Part shown: positions 22,145-38,644 of the stretch, one piece after another | Layout of the letters: each line of letters begins with the position of its first letter | How positions within the stretch are numbered: position 1 is the first letter of the stretch | From: the human T2T-CHM13v2.0 reference genome, Homo sapiens | DNA: 64,000 nucleotides | Assembly (NCBI RefSeq): GCF_009914755.1 | Contig: NC_060936.1 | Strand: one strand, 5' to 3' | Notes under the pieces: model-generated | Told to the model about the DNA's origin: nothing | Database searches by the model: none | Seen by the model: the letters and a program-made list of their open reading frames with translations, nothing else | Translations under genes and position numbers: made by a program

Positions 22145-24664
22145 AGTACCTCCTCTTTCCTCTGCTTAGAAAGATTTCTTCCCTAGGTACTCTCATGGCC
22201 TGTTCCCTCATAGCACTGTGGGCTCTGCTCAAGCATCACATTCTGAGATCTTTCCTGACTTCCCTACCCTACTTTATTCTTCTTCAAGGTACAAAGAACT
22301 CTTTCAGAAAAGCTTTGTGTGTGTGTGTGTGAAGGAGAGCAATGAAATGGGGTGGTGGTAACTGCAAGGGTTGGGGCACATGGGATCATGAGAGCCTTTT
22401 CTTTCTTTTTGGGAACAGTTTTGCTCTGTCATCCAGGCTGAAGAGCAGTGGCATGATCATGGCTTACTGCAGCCTCAAACTCCTGGGCTCAAGTGATCCT
22501 CCCACCTCAGCTTTCCAAGTAGCTAGGACTACAGGCAGGTACCACCACACCTGGCTGACTTTTATAATTTTTTTTGTAGAGACAAGGTCTTGCTATGTTG
22601 TACACACTAGTCTTGAACTGCTGGCCTGAAGCAATCCTCCTGCCTCAGCCTCCCAACATGCTGGGATTACAAGTGTAAGTTACTGCACCAGGTAGGGAGG
22701 CTTTTTTAAAATGGTAAAACAACAATGCATTTGTATGATGATGTAAATGATCAGGTAGAGAACAAGCAATTGATGATGCCAGAGAGGGAGGCTAACTTCA
22801 AGAGTGATGTTCATTAATATTAAGAAGGAAATAAAAGATGAGAATCCATACACAAGTGAAGTTGGCCTTCACTATTCTCCACATAACAGCAATTCTTTGA
22901 ATGTACAACAATCATTTCCTTCTCTTCTCTTCACACTGTCTTTTTTGTTTTTGTTTTTGTTTTTTTGAGACGGAGTCTTGCTCTTGTTGTCCAGGCTGGA
23001 GTACAATGGCATGATCTCGGCTCACCGCAACTTCCGTCTCCTGGGTTCAAGCGATTCTCCTGCCTCAACCTCCTGAGTAGCTGAGATTACAGGCGCCCAC
23101 CACCATGCCCAGCTAATTTTTGTATTTTTAGTAGAGACGGGGTTTCACCATGTTGGCCAGGCTGGCCTCGCACTCCTGACCTCGTAATCCACCTGCCTCC
23201 GCCTCCCAAAGTGTTGGGATTTCAGCCGTGAGCCATTGCACCCGGCCTCACACTCTGGCTTCTTAACACATTTAAAATGAAATCCAGGCTGGGTGCAGTG
23301 GCTCACACCTGTAATCCCAGCACTTTGGGAGGCCGAGGCAGGCGGATCACCTGTAGTTGGGAGTTGGAGGCCAGCCTGACCAACATGGAGAAACCCCGTC
23401 TATACTAAAAATACAAAATTAGCCAGGCGTGGTGGCACATGCCTATAATCCCATCTACTCAGGAGGCTGAGGCAGGAGAATCACTGGAACCTGAGAGGCG
23501 GAGGCTGCAGTGAGCCGAGATAGTGCCATTGCCCTCCAGCCAGGGCAACAAGAACAAAACTCTCTCTCTCAAAATAAATAAATAAATAAAAATAAAATGA
23601 AATCCAAAATCCTGACTGTGGCCTGATAATGGGTCTGACCTCTGGCTACTCCTGACTTCACTACCTACCACTTTTTTTCTCATCAGGAAATAATAAGAGT
23701 GAAGGCAGAGAATATGGCAGCTTGCTGGTTAAGGGAGTTCTGTCTGATTGATGCTATTTTCTTAAAGTAGAAAGTAGGTCATGAGCTAATGCAAGGTGTA
23801 GGGGCATTAGAAGTTTGAGGAAAGAGGGATACGTGTGAAATGGTCATTTTGGATCCTGAGAAAACAAATATTCCAGGGATGCAAAGGATTGCTTGGCAAC
23901 CTTGAGGATACATTTGAAGTTTGTGGTCTTAACTTTAAAGTGAAATCACTTTTAATTTCTGTGTTTCCTTCAGCAATGTTTCCTGCTTTAAGTGGAGTAC
24001 AGAATATGTGGACAGCTAGGTTCAGCAAGGGTGGGCCTTGCCATGTCAACGCGACTGAGAAGCTTGGACTTCATATTGAGGGCCCTAGAGAGCTACTGAA
24101 GGTTTGAGTAAAGAAGATTTAGGTGTTAGAAAGATCATTCTAGCTCAGTATGGTGTGTGTGTGTGTATGAGAGAAAGGCTTATTATAGGTAGAACAGTAG
24201 TTTAATACAATAGGAGCCTTTATCAAACACCTGCATAAATTTGTTATAGCTTAGATGACAGTTCAGGAACATAGAGAGGTCTATTTCCAGCATTTTCTGA
24301 GTACCTACTATATACCAGATTCTGTAAAGACAAAATAAACAAGGGTTTGCCTATCCAAAGCTCTTGTAGAAGATTTGTAATTATTATTAGGTATTTGGGG
24401 GACAAAGAAGAGGGAAGGAGCAATTAACACTGGGTGAAAATCCAGGAAGACTCCCAGAGGAGGTGACATTTCAGATGAGCTTTGAAGGACTAGGCCCTTA
24501 GGGAGGGAAGATAATTCTGAAAAGGAAGAATGAGCCCAGTCAAGAGATGCGAAATGTATGATTAAAACATTTTATGTTTATGATTTGCTACGGCCAGGCA
24601 CAGTGGCTCACACCTGTAATCCCAGCACTTTGGGAGGCTGAAGCAGACGGATCCCTTGAGGCTA

Positions 24665-24988
<324 letters not shown>

Positions 24989-26579
24989 CTAGAATTCACG
25001 ACAAGGGTAAGGCATCTGGGCTCTTAACAGCAGCAAGAAGGATTTGAAAGAAAAGAAGATGGTTTTAAAATGGTGATTTTAATTTAAAGAAAAATAACTA
25101 CATGGTGCTACTCTGGGCATCTTTGCTATAATTTGCTCACTTAGGAACAATGTGAAGTTAAAATGCCTTATCTAGCCTGTTTTGGAATGCCGTTAGAAAA
25201 TATTAATTATAATCACTCTGAGCTGTCTATACAAGATGCTTTTAATGGCAAGCCTCTTCAAATCAATCCTTATTACTTGCTTTTAGTACATTATTTCAAG
25301 TTAAATGATCCTTCTGTGTCCTAAGTCATGCTTTTGAAATAAGGTGTATTTTCAATATATTTCTAAGAATGAGGAGTTTATGACCCTGGTTCATGGGTCA
25401 TTCGGTAGACTAAATGAGATAAAGGCATATAAAATTATTAATACAGAACTTGGCTTGGGAGCCAGGAGTAAATGTTTTTTGTTCTCCCTTAGACCCAGTC
25501 TTTTCATGTTTTTCCTTCTTTCCTCCTTAAATCACATTGTTTCCTCAACACCCACGTACTAGATCCATTCTCTGTTCTAGGGACTCCAGAATCAGGTGAA
25601 ACACTCATGTCAATAATCAAACACTCATGTCAATAATCACCTTACAGGGGAAGTGTCAAGTTAGTGTGTGTAGTGTGTGTGTGTGCCCATTTAGAGGGTG
25701 AAGAAGCTAAATCAAGCCTCTGAGTTTCACCTTGGAAGGGCCTGGCAGGACCTGGCAGTGGTTGCCTGTTTGTTTAGAGGGAGTGTGGCTTCTGCTGGCT
25801 GTTAGGAGCCCGCAACGCTCTCAGCTGAGAGTGCTTCAATCTGGCATTATCCAAAGAAGTGGGAAAGACATTCCTTCCTTCCTTCCTTCATTCAGTTATT
25901 ATGTATTTATTCAGCAAATATTCATAGCCTGCTAGTGCACAGTGCTGAATAAGAACATGAGTAAGAGCAGGGAAGCATGAGAGAGCATGGCTCACCTTAG
26001 TAGCTGCAGGTGGCTGGGTGCAGCTGGAGTTAAAAGACACTCTGAGTTTTTCTTAAAAAAAACAATAAATACCAAACTTAGAATCTAATAAGGAAGAGGT
26101 GCTCTCAGGGGAAGTTAGGTGTGTTCCTAAGAATTTGTCATTTCTTTTCAGGATTAGTCAGGATGAACTAGACATTTCTTTTCAAAAGCCTAATAACTTC
26201 CTTTAGGGAACTGCCAAACTGACTAATCCATGACCTTAAGGCAGTGGGTCCCAAACTTTGCTGCCAACTCAATCACCTTTGGAGTTTCTTTTTTTTTTTT
26301 AAACGCAGAGGCCCAGGTCACACTCCACACCAATGACATCAGAATGTCTAGGGGTGGGAGCCAGGCACCAGGATTCTAAAGACCCTCACGTGATGACAAC
26401 AGCTAGCAAAGTTCTGTAGCTACTGCCTTAGGGCATAGTCTAATTTCTTCAGTAAAAACACACTTATTCCAAATTTGGTTCCAGAATTGCCTTAAATTGT
26501 TTTTGCTCTGTTCTTAGGTTGGGGGCGGCTATGAGCAGGCAGAGGATGTGGTGTCACCCAATTAGGAGCTCTCAGCTTA

Positions 26580-26700
26580 CTAGGCAATTAGCATAGGTTG
26601 CCAGGGCTGCACGAGGAGTGGATTTCTGCTTTGTCATTCTGACTCTGGCAGTTAGCCCGCCCGCTCGGCGCAGGGCGTGGCTTCTCGTAGCCATTAGGAA
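26580..26700 (+). promoter_or_regulatory. TXNRD1: TXNRD1 TATA-less core promoter: octamer, NRF2 ARE, Sp1/Sp3 GC boxes
   Basis: ATTAGCAT at 26587-26594 (reverse complement ATGCTAAT). ARE TGACAAAGC on the minus strand at 26628-26636. CCCGCCC at 26656-26662 and GGGCGTGG at 26673-26680. Start of a CpG-rich island. Matches the established Oct-1/Sp1/NRF2 architecture. Confidence 0.85.
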
Positions 26701-27044
26701 AGAGCAACCCTTTCACCTCAGTTTTCTTCACTCCGGCATTTGCAGCAGAGCGAAAGGTGGTCGAGTCCTGAAGGAGGGCCTGATGTCTTCATCATTCTCA
26801 AATTCTTGTAAGCTCTGCGTCGGGTGAAACCAGACAAAGCCGCGAGCCCAGGGATGGGAGCACGCGGGGGACGGCCTGCCGGCGGGGACGACAGCATTGC
26901 GCCTGGGTGCAGCAGTGTGCGTCTCGGGGAAGGGAAGATATTTTAAGGCGTGTCTGAGCAGACGGGGAGGCTTTTCCAAACCCAGGCAGCTTCGTGGCGT
27001 GTGCGGTTTCGACCCGGTCACACAAAGCTTCAGCATGTCATGTG
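26690..27044 (+). other. TXNRD1: TXNRD1 first exon (core promoter) with two donors: short form ends 26807, long form ends 27044 and supplies ATG-TCA-TGT-G (MSC-)
   Basis: Donors CTT|GTAAGC at 26808 and GTG|GTAGGT at 27045. ATG 27035 joins the 28629 exon in frame to give MSCEDGRALEG, the known extended isoform. Start coordinate approximate. Confidence 0.8.
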
Positions 27045-27099
27045 GTAGGTGAGGCCGGCGCCTGTAGGCTGGCGGTTTCCTTCCTCTTGGTCTTTGTAG

Positions 27100-27129
27100 A
27101 GACAGTTTGCAGAACAGCGGAGAAAATGG
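27100..27129 (+). CDS. TXNRD1: Candidate 30-nt TXNRD1 alternative micro-exon giving an MEDGRALEG- start
   Basis: Pyrimidine tract plus TTTGTAG acceptor (ends 27099). Ends AAAATGG|GTATTG. ATG-G joined to AG-GAC of the 28629 exon is in the reductase frame. Confidence 0.6.
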
Positions 27130-27613
27130 GTATTGTATCGTTTCTTACAGAGTCCGAGTCTTGAAATGTAGATGACAATGTGTTGAGTGGACTGACAGAT
27201 CCTTGAGAATATTAAGAAAGTATAACTATGTAAGAATGCTTCTCTAGGAATTTTCACACCATTTAATCCTCAGAAATCCTGAGACGTTGGCAAAACACAT
27301 GGGGTCTCCATGTTTTTACAAGTAGGGAAAGCAAGGCTCAGAAAGATCAAGTGGCGTGCCCAGCTGGACACAGACTATTAAATGGGGCGGCGACGACGAC
27401 CCCAGGGCTTCCTCACTCTCTCAGGCAGTACAGGACAGTGATTAAACGCGTCGACCACATTGCCTGGGTTTGAATCCTGCCGCTGCTTTTGAGTAGCTCC
27501 TTGAGCTTGGACAAGTTTCTTAGCTTTTCTGTACCTGTTTCCCTGTCTGTAAGTTGGGCCTGGTAATACTTACTTGTAGAGTGGTTGTGAAGTTGAAATG
27601 TAAATATATGTGA

Positions 27614-27907
<294 letters not shown>

Positions 27908-28477
27908 TGAACTCCTGACCTCATGATCCACCCGCCTCGGCCTCCCAAATAAGCAGCTATACTTTTGAATGTTGGCGTGATTTATGTCTAATGAATAGGC
28001 CTCATGTCAGTGTAACTGTGGAATCTGTATGTTCCACTGAGTTCACCCCTTTGTGAAATTTTACCATTAGTGCCTAGTTTCATCTGTAGCGTTGTGTATT
28101 GCTTCAGGATTCTTTTTAAGAATGCACCAGGTAGGCAGAGTGTTCTTAATTTTGCTCCACGGTTTCAAATGTCAAGGAAACGTTGGAAGTTGGATTTTGG
28201 CATTCAGTATAGATGCAGAGTTGAAAGCAAGATCAAACTGGGAGGTGTTTTGTGAAAGTTGAGATAAACGTGTATTAAGCTTCTTTTTTGAAGCTTTTCT
28301 GAATTCGGGATTTACCGGGAAAGTAGGACGTTTAATTTTAGCGGAGTAGTGCAATGATTTAACCCTGACTAGAACTCTGACGTTTACAGCTAGCCTTGAG
28401 GCCATGTTTTCAGCCAGTGTGCGGATTTGCCGGGGTCAGACTCCAAGCTTGATTGTGAGTTCTAGCCTTTGTCAGAA

Positions 28478-28738
28478 ATGCAGCAAGTCATGCTAACTTG
28501 CAAGGGAGTCAACAGAGGGCACGCGGTGCCTGCGGGGCCGGGACGGAAGCCCCGCCCCCGGCGCAGTTCCCGCCTGTTAGCGGGGGAGAAGCACCTTACA
28601 CGCTCCGCTCTGCTTTTGTGCCACACAGAGGACGGTCGGGCCCTGGAAGGAACGCTCTCGGAATTGGCCGCGGAAACCGATCTGCCCGTTGTGTTTGTGA
28701 AACAGAGAAAGATAGGCGGCCATGGTCCAACCTTGAAG
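28478..28738 (+). CDS. TXNRD1: 5'-extended form of the shared TXNRD1 exon (MQQVMLTCKGVNRG...), Arg/Pro-rich N-terminus
   Basis: ATG 28478 is open and in frame through EDGRALEG...PTLK to the donor at 28739. Lies in a second CpG-rich patch. Confidence 0.6.
28629..28738 (+). CDS. TXNRD1: TXNRD1 shared 110-nt exon: C-terminal part of the glutaredoxin-like extension (EDGRALEGTLSELAAETDLPVVFVKQRKIGGHGPTLK); 5'UTR in the 499-aa isoform
   Basis: Acceptor CACAG| at 28628, donor AAG|GTAGGA at 28739. Contains the Grx-type 'P.VFV...IGG' signature. Confidence 0.93.
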
Positions 28739-29439
28739 GTAGGAGAGAGTAACGTATCTTTTTAAACGGGGGATGAGCTCGTTGAGCTCAGCGTGGTCAC
28801 AGCCTGCCTTTTAAAGCCAGCGTGGATGTGACCCTCCAAACGGGACGCAGCGCTGGGAAATGACGAAAAACGCTCGTGGGCTAGCGCATGTGTTAATCGA
28901 AGTTGATGAGACGTTGGACAAATTTCACATCTCGGGAAACTTGGAATTTCTAACGCTTTTTATCTTTTAAAATAGCTTTTTAAAAATGTCCTTTTTCTCC
29001 TATTTCCCCTTCCTCTTTCCCTCCCAGTTGTAAATAACATTTTTTAGCAGCAATGTAATCTGCTAAATGTTAGTTGTTTAGGGAAGTCCTGAGAAAAGGG
29101 GATCAGGAAATGCTTATCTTTGTCATCAAGGTGGCCCTGTAATCTTCCTCTTAATTCTCTCAGGGGTAGGGGACCCGGAAACCCCAGGGTCTGGAGGAGA
29201 GCAACCAGGAAGCTCTTGGGGTGACTTCGTTTTCCTTCAGGTGTGTCTTTTTAGCCCAGAGTTAATAGTTGGGTGAAGGGAAAGGAAGAAGTCTTCCCTT
29301 TGGCTGGTAGCAAACGCAGTAGAAATCCTTCCTTAGACCTATGCTACTGAGGAGTTATAGCCACTGAGGGATTTATAGCCTACAGTGTTAGAAAAATGCT
29401 TGGAGGCTGGGTGTATGTATGTTTTATTTATGTATTTAA

Positions 29440-29715
<276 letters not shown>

Positions 29716-30411
29716 TAGAAAACTTCCCGTAGTCCCATCACCACGATCCATGTGATTTTTGTCCTTATCCATTTATATCTCTGTAATTTTTAAGAAATGA
29801 AAACATTGCCTTCTTAGAAGTAAACCTAACGCCTGCGTTAAATGTAAAAATATATTTAGATGTGTTGCAGCCTTAGGAAAAATACTAATAATTTGAATTT
29901 TTATTTATTACCTTTTCTTTTAAAAGTATTTTATTTATTTTTGACAAATGGTTATAGGGAATGGATCTAGACTTCAAACAGCAAATTAATGGAAAATTAA
30001 TGGAAATACAGAGGCTTTTAGCTTTAGTTAAAATATATTGTGTTACTCAGACCTTTAGTTTGCAGGTAAAAAGAGATAACGGTCTATTATATTAATATTC
30101 CTTCCTGGCCGGGTGCGGTGGCTCACACTTGTAATCCCAGCACCTTGGGAGGCCGAGGCAGGCGGATTGCTTTGAGCTCAGGAGTTCCAGATCAGCCTGG
30201 GCAACACGGTGAAACCCCGTCTCTACTAGAAATAAAAAAATTAGCCAGGGCTTGGTGGCACATGCCTCTGGTCCCAGCTACTCTGGGACTGAGGCTGAGG
30301 CTGGGGAATCAACTTGAACCTGGAGGTGGAGGTTGCAATGAGCTGAGATTGCGCCACTGCACCCTGGCCTAGGTGACAGTGAGACCCTGTCTCAAAAAAA
30401 AAAAAAAAGAA

Positions 30412-30414
<3 letters not shown>

Positions 30415-30465
<51 letters not shown>
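30415..30465. repeat. (TA)n microsatellite after an Alu tail
   Basis: More than 20 uninterrupted TA units. Confidence 0.95.
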
Positions 30466-30469
<4 letters not shown>

Positions 30470-30823
30470 TTCTTCCTGTCTGATTATTCTATTATTTTCA
30501 CCTGTGCCATAAGTTTACATTTACAAAGTTATATAGTAATTTGATCTTTATGTAATTCTACTGATACTCCTGGTTTTAATGGCAATGGGAGTAAAAAGAG
30601 TCACTCTTTTTATAAGCTTTGGAACTCACTTAATTGATTTGGTCTGATGTTCTGATGTTTTTTCTTTTTTTTTAATTGAAAACTTTTTTTTCTTTAGAGC
30701 TGGAGGTCTCATTATGTTGTCCAGGCTGGTCTTGAACTCCTGGGCTCAAGCGATCATCCGGCCTCGGCCTCCTAAAGTGCTGGGACTGCAGGTCACGACA
30801 TTTAGTGAGGTATAGTGCCATGA

Positions 30824-31347
<524 letters not shown>

Positions 31348-33183
31348 TAGCTAATTTTTGTATTTTTAGTAGAGACAAGGTTTCACCATCTTGGCCAGGC
31401 TGGTCTTGAACTTTTGACGCCGTGATCCACCCACTTCGGCCTTCCAAAGTGCTGGGATTATGGGCGTGAGCCACCGGGCCCAGCCCTATTTTTGTTTTTT
31501 AATGAGTGCTAAAAAATGAAAGGAGAAACAGCAAGGTAAGGACTATTGGTTTGAAAGATCTGTGAACTTTTCAGCCAATTATTGCCCACATTTGGGGCTA
31601 AATGGTAGGTTTTGAAACCCTTAAGGGAGCTTTGGGTTTCAGTGGAGAAAGGCATTTATTTAGTGGAGAATTGAGTGCTTATAGTCCTAAAGGCCACACC
31701 TTTAAAAAGAAGGTTAAGATTTCATACTTTAATTGCAACATAAATAATGGAGGGAGCTCTTCAAAATGTCCACTTTTCCTTTCTCCTTTTAATATTGTTT
31801 CTTCCTCATCCCCTTTTCCCTGAATAAACAACAGCAGCAAAACCTACCCTGCTTTCACAGTGAGTGTACTATAGAAGACAAGGGAGAAAGAATCCTGCTG
31901 GAAGAAGTTGGTGAGCCTAGGTGACTCCCTTGATAAAGGATGAAAGCTTTGCAGAAGAGTGTTCCAAAAAAGTGTAGTCTCCAGACCACCTGCTCAGAAT
32001 CCCCTGGAGTACTCGTTAATTATGCATGCCCAGGCTTTACCCGAGTTCTTTTGAAGTAGACTCGGGAAAGAGCTAGGAATCTACCCCCGCCCCCCCGCCT
32101 TTTTTTTTTTTGAGATGGAGTTCTGCTCTTGTTGCCTGGGCTGGAGTGCAGTGGCATGAACTCAGCTCACTGCAACCTCCACCTCCTGGGTTCAAGTGGT
32201 GTGGTTCTCCTGCCTCAGCCTCTCAAGTAGCTGGGATTATAGGCATGCACCACCATGCCTGGCTAATTTTGTATTTTTTTAGTAGAGATGTGGTTTTGCC
32301 ATGTTGGTCGGGCTGGTCTCGATCTCCTGACCACAGGTGATCCACCCACCTCGGCCTCCCAAAGTGCTGGGATTACAGTGTGAGCCACCACGCCCGGCTT
32401 GCCTTATTGTTTTTGTTTTGTTTTAAATAAGCTCCCTCCAATAATTTTTAGGATAAATGTCAAGTTTGAGACGCTTTAATATTATTGTACATAGGGTAGT
32501 TTGATCAAGATCATTTGATGAGATAATTAGAATTGCGGAAAACAAAGGACTAGTCTTTAATACCCAAAACATACTTGTTAGAAAACAGCAAATAGGAACC
32601 CAATGGGGGAGGAACACTTTTTGTTGAACACTTTAACAATGAATAGAAAAATAGGGAACCAAGCTGTTTGCAGCCAGGGCTTTTGTATGTCCATGTATAA
32701 AGTTGGAACTAGGGACCTCCAAGATGGTTAAGAACTATGAATAGAGTTCCTACTGCTCAAAGATGTGGCTTTCATAAACATCTTGGTTTTTAAAGCAAAG
32801 TTCCAGTATTCTTATAGGGAACCTCTTTTGTATGTAAATCAGCATCTCCCTCAGGATTCCAGGGTTTTGAAATCACTTGTAGAGAGGCCTATTGGTGGTA
32901 CTGAGAGGAGAAGCAGAGTGAGTGAAAAAGTATTTACTGGAATAATACCAAGTGTCAGACATAGTTAAGACTTTAGTAGTTTGAGGTAATCCTGGGAGAT
33001 AAGACTAAAACTGACAACTCAGGGCTTAAATAATTTCTTCAGGGCAATATTAGGAGAGATGACAGGCACAAAGCAATGCGGGATTAATATCCAGGTGAAT
33101 TTTGCAGACAGTTGCGGTGGCCCCATGTTCCAGTCTTGGGGGGTAGATGCTGAGACAAAGGCAGGTCTCCTTTTATGTTTTGA

Positions 33184-34386
<1,203 letters not shown>

Positions 34387-36726
34387 GTCCAGGCTGGTCT
34401 CAAAACTCGTGAGTTTAAGCCATCTGCCTACCTTGGCCTCCCAAAGTGCTGAGATTACAGGTGTGAGCCACTGCACCCAGCCAGGTCTCCTTTCAAGTCT
34501 AACTTCTAAAGTTACCAGAAACCAGAATCTTAAGTGAATAGACATCAGGACATGAGTGGTAATTGAATAACTCTCCAACCATCCCCTTTCTTAACTATTC
34601 TTAACTGCAGAGGCTACCAGAACTTGACAGAAAACACAATTTATTTTGTTTCTATCCTCTTAAATAATCCCTTCTTTTTGGAGGCATTAGTAATGTATCT
34701 GCTTTTGGCTTGATTAAAGTTGAGGCCTGAGGAGGACTGGAGGATTGCTTTGAAGATGAGGGAAGTGACAGATTCTCTGGCGTACATTAAAAGGAAGTAA
34801 GGGTTGAGGACTACCAAGATTTATTAGAGTCTTAGACTGTTAGAACTGCAAATAAACGTAGAAATTTACTGGTTGTAGAGTCGTGTTGAGCTCCTCCTAC
34901 TTCTACCAGGTGTAAACACAAATCTCTTTTTTTGCTGTGTATCTGTTCTTTAATAGTAGCGTCAAAATTCTGGTGGTATAGACTTCAGATTTCCGGTCAC
35001 TTCTCCTGTTTACTCACCAGCGCCTGACTATTCTAGGCATCACCTTCTTGCCCCTATTTACTTTTGCCTGGACCATTTCATCAGTCTTTAACTGGCCTCC
35101 CACTTCTGATCTCCCTTCTCTTCCAGCTCATATTGCCAGTCATCTTCCTGATTGCTACTCGCTGGCCCCAGATCTGCATCCAGAACGAAATGGGAGCTCC
35201 TTAGCTTGGTATTCAATGCCCTCCAGGGTCTAGCCCCAACCTGCTTTTCTGGTTATCTCCTGCTCTGCTCCCTCACTTACTGGAGGCTCCCGGGACTATC
35301 ATTGCAGCTAAAATATTTCTCCCTACAGTTTTCCTCCTCACTTCTATTCTTTATTTCAACACCTGTCTTCTCTTCCTACCACAACCCACTTTCCCAACTG
35401 CCTACCCGTTCAGAATACAAGACCAAAGTTTTCCATTCCTTTCCTCCTCTGTTCCCACGACAATCCCATAAGTCTTTATTTTTGGAAAAGGAGGAATCCT
35501 GCCAATGATAACTTTTTGGCTTACATATCGAGGTCAGAGAGCTAGTCTTATTCTTTATGCCTGTGGTCCCAGGCATATGTTAGAGCCCAGCAGATACCTA
35601 AGCAAATATGCCTGTTAATGATTATAACATTTATTTGTTGAATACCTATTATGTGTTAGACTCTAAATGTTGTTAATACTTAGTGATTAAATCCCCACAA
35701 CAGTCCTGTGAAGGAGGTGATATTATCCAGGTTTACAGAAGAGAAAATAAAAGCCTTGAGAATTTAAGGAGCATGCCCAGATTACAAGCTAGTTAAGTGG
35801 CAGAGTCAGGACTAGAACCCAGGCCTGTTTGCCTGCAAAGCTCACTCTCATGTACTCATACTTCTGGCACTTGGCCTTATGTTATTGCTATTGAGATACA
35901 TGCTTGTGTCCTTGATGAGATGCTGTGGTGTGCTCATGATTCGAGGTCAGGCCCATGCAAATCTTGGTATTCCTAGCATAGTGCTGGCATATGGTAGGTG
36001 TTCATTCATTACATGCTTGCTGAATGGAACTTCATTCTTCTGTGCCTACTTGTACTTTCTTTAAGAGAACAATGAGGCTGGGCTTCTAAAAAAAAAGATA
36101 CATTTTAATATCTTCCATATATTGAAAAAAATTTCTTTAGAGGCAAGGTCTCGCTCTAACCCAGGCTGGAGTGCGGTGGCACTATCATGGCTCGCTGCAG
36201 CCTCAACCCCCCTGGGCTCAAGCAATCCTCTTGCCTCAGCCGCCTGAGTATCTGGGAATACAGGCATGTACCACCACACCTGGCCAATTTTTAAATTTTT
36301 TGTAAGATAAGGTCTTTACAAAAGGCTTTTTGTTGGCTTAGGCTTATTTTTTAATACCTAGTGTGCATTCAGTAAATATGTATTGAGTGAATAGATCGTG
36401 GTAGGGCCAGAAGAGACTCACTTAAAGGATTTAGCTCTAAGGTATCTGGTTTTATTGAAGATGGGCTATCAGGAACCAAGCTCTAGGTTGTTCAGAAGAG
36501 ATTCTAGGCAGCATATTGGAAAGCAGTTCAGAATTAAAAGCTGTATGACAGCAACATTGTCTGCCTTCAGCATTCTATGCAGGTGTGTCCAGGTCAGTTG
36601 GGAACAAAGTCACTTCACATCTATTTAGCTAGTATTTACTGAGCACCTGTGTTGACATCGGGCTAGGCACTATCTTTGTAATCTCTAACGCAAGTCTGTA
36701 GAGCAATGTACTTATTTAAAAATTCA

Positions 36727-37079
<353 letters not shown>

Positions 37080-38218
37080 TTATTTATTTAGTTTTTGAAA
37101 TGGAGTCTTGCTCTGTTGCCCAGGCTGGAGTGCACTGTGTGATCTCAGTTCACTGCAATCTCCGCCTCCTGAGTTCAAGCAATTCTCCTGCCTCAGTCTC
37201 CCGAGTAGCTGGGATTGCAGGCATGCGCCACCACGTCTGGCTAATTTTGTATTTTTAGTAGAGACAAGATTTCTCTATGTTGGTCAGGCTGGTCTCGAAC
37301 TCCTGACCTCAGGTGATCCGCCTGCGTCAGCCTCCAAAAGTGCTGAGATTACAGGTGTAAGCTACCATGCCCGGCCTGATTTTGTTTTTAATGATGACAA
37401 CCACTCTGTATGGCAGAGTGAGACATCTGATAGACTTCTGTTACAATTTTCGAAGAAAGTAAGTGGAAACTAATAATGCAGATATTTTTCATTTGATCCC
37501 TGAGTGGAGTTCCTAGAATGCTGCATCCTTTAGTAGCCACATACCCAGTCCTTCTTACCCTCCCTGTCTATCAAAATAACACTCCTAGTCATTGCTGCCT
37601 TTTGAGGTGTTGTGGAGGCTCTCGTAACCTGAAAGGTTGTTCTTTTCATCTCACGCCCTTATTTATATTCTTGAGGCTTGGCAAGTCAGCCAGCACTGGG
37701 TTTTTAAAGTGTCATTAAGTATATGATTTGACCACAGAGCAAGGGTGGAGATTTTATCTACTCCAAAGTATTTCAAATGAGTGAGTCCAGATTATTTAGT
37801 GAGACTCTTTTACTTCTCCAATAATAATGCCATCTTATTTGAATAAAGCAGTTATTCAAAGCCTCTTTTAGATACTAGACTTAAGAATCTGCTGAAATCT
37901 AAGGAGCTATTCCTGAGAAAAATGCACATAAATAATTTTGCATATAAACTCAGACTATTTGTGGATCTGCTTCAGAATATCTGGTACAGAGAATTACCCT
38001 TCAAAGTGTTACTGTACACACTTTGAATAGTTGAAGCCTTCGTAGGTTTTTAAAATTTTGTTATATGGCAAATTTCTTTTCACTGGTATTTGTTATAGTG
38101 GAATATATTCCTGTGTTCCTCCTTACTGATTTAACCTTTAAAAATATTTTTCTGGGGCCGGGCGCAGTGGCTCACACCTGTAATCCCAGCACTTTGGGAG
38201 GCTGAGGCAGGTGGATCA

Positions 38219-38428
<210 letters not shown>

Positions 38429-38644
38429 CTATCTAAAATAAAAATAAAAAATAAAAAAAATTAAATTTTTTTCTGTTCCTAAAGCAACATTCAGAAGTGA
38501 AACTACTGGTTTGTATACAGTTTTTTTTTTTACATTTGCTATCTTTGGGATTGTTTGATTTATTAAGTACCTACTCAGTAGTTGAAAACACTGTCAGATA
38601 TATTACATAATTTTCATTCACTGTAGTAATTATATGGTATAAAT

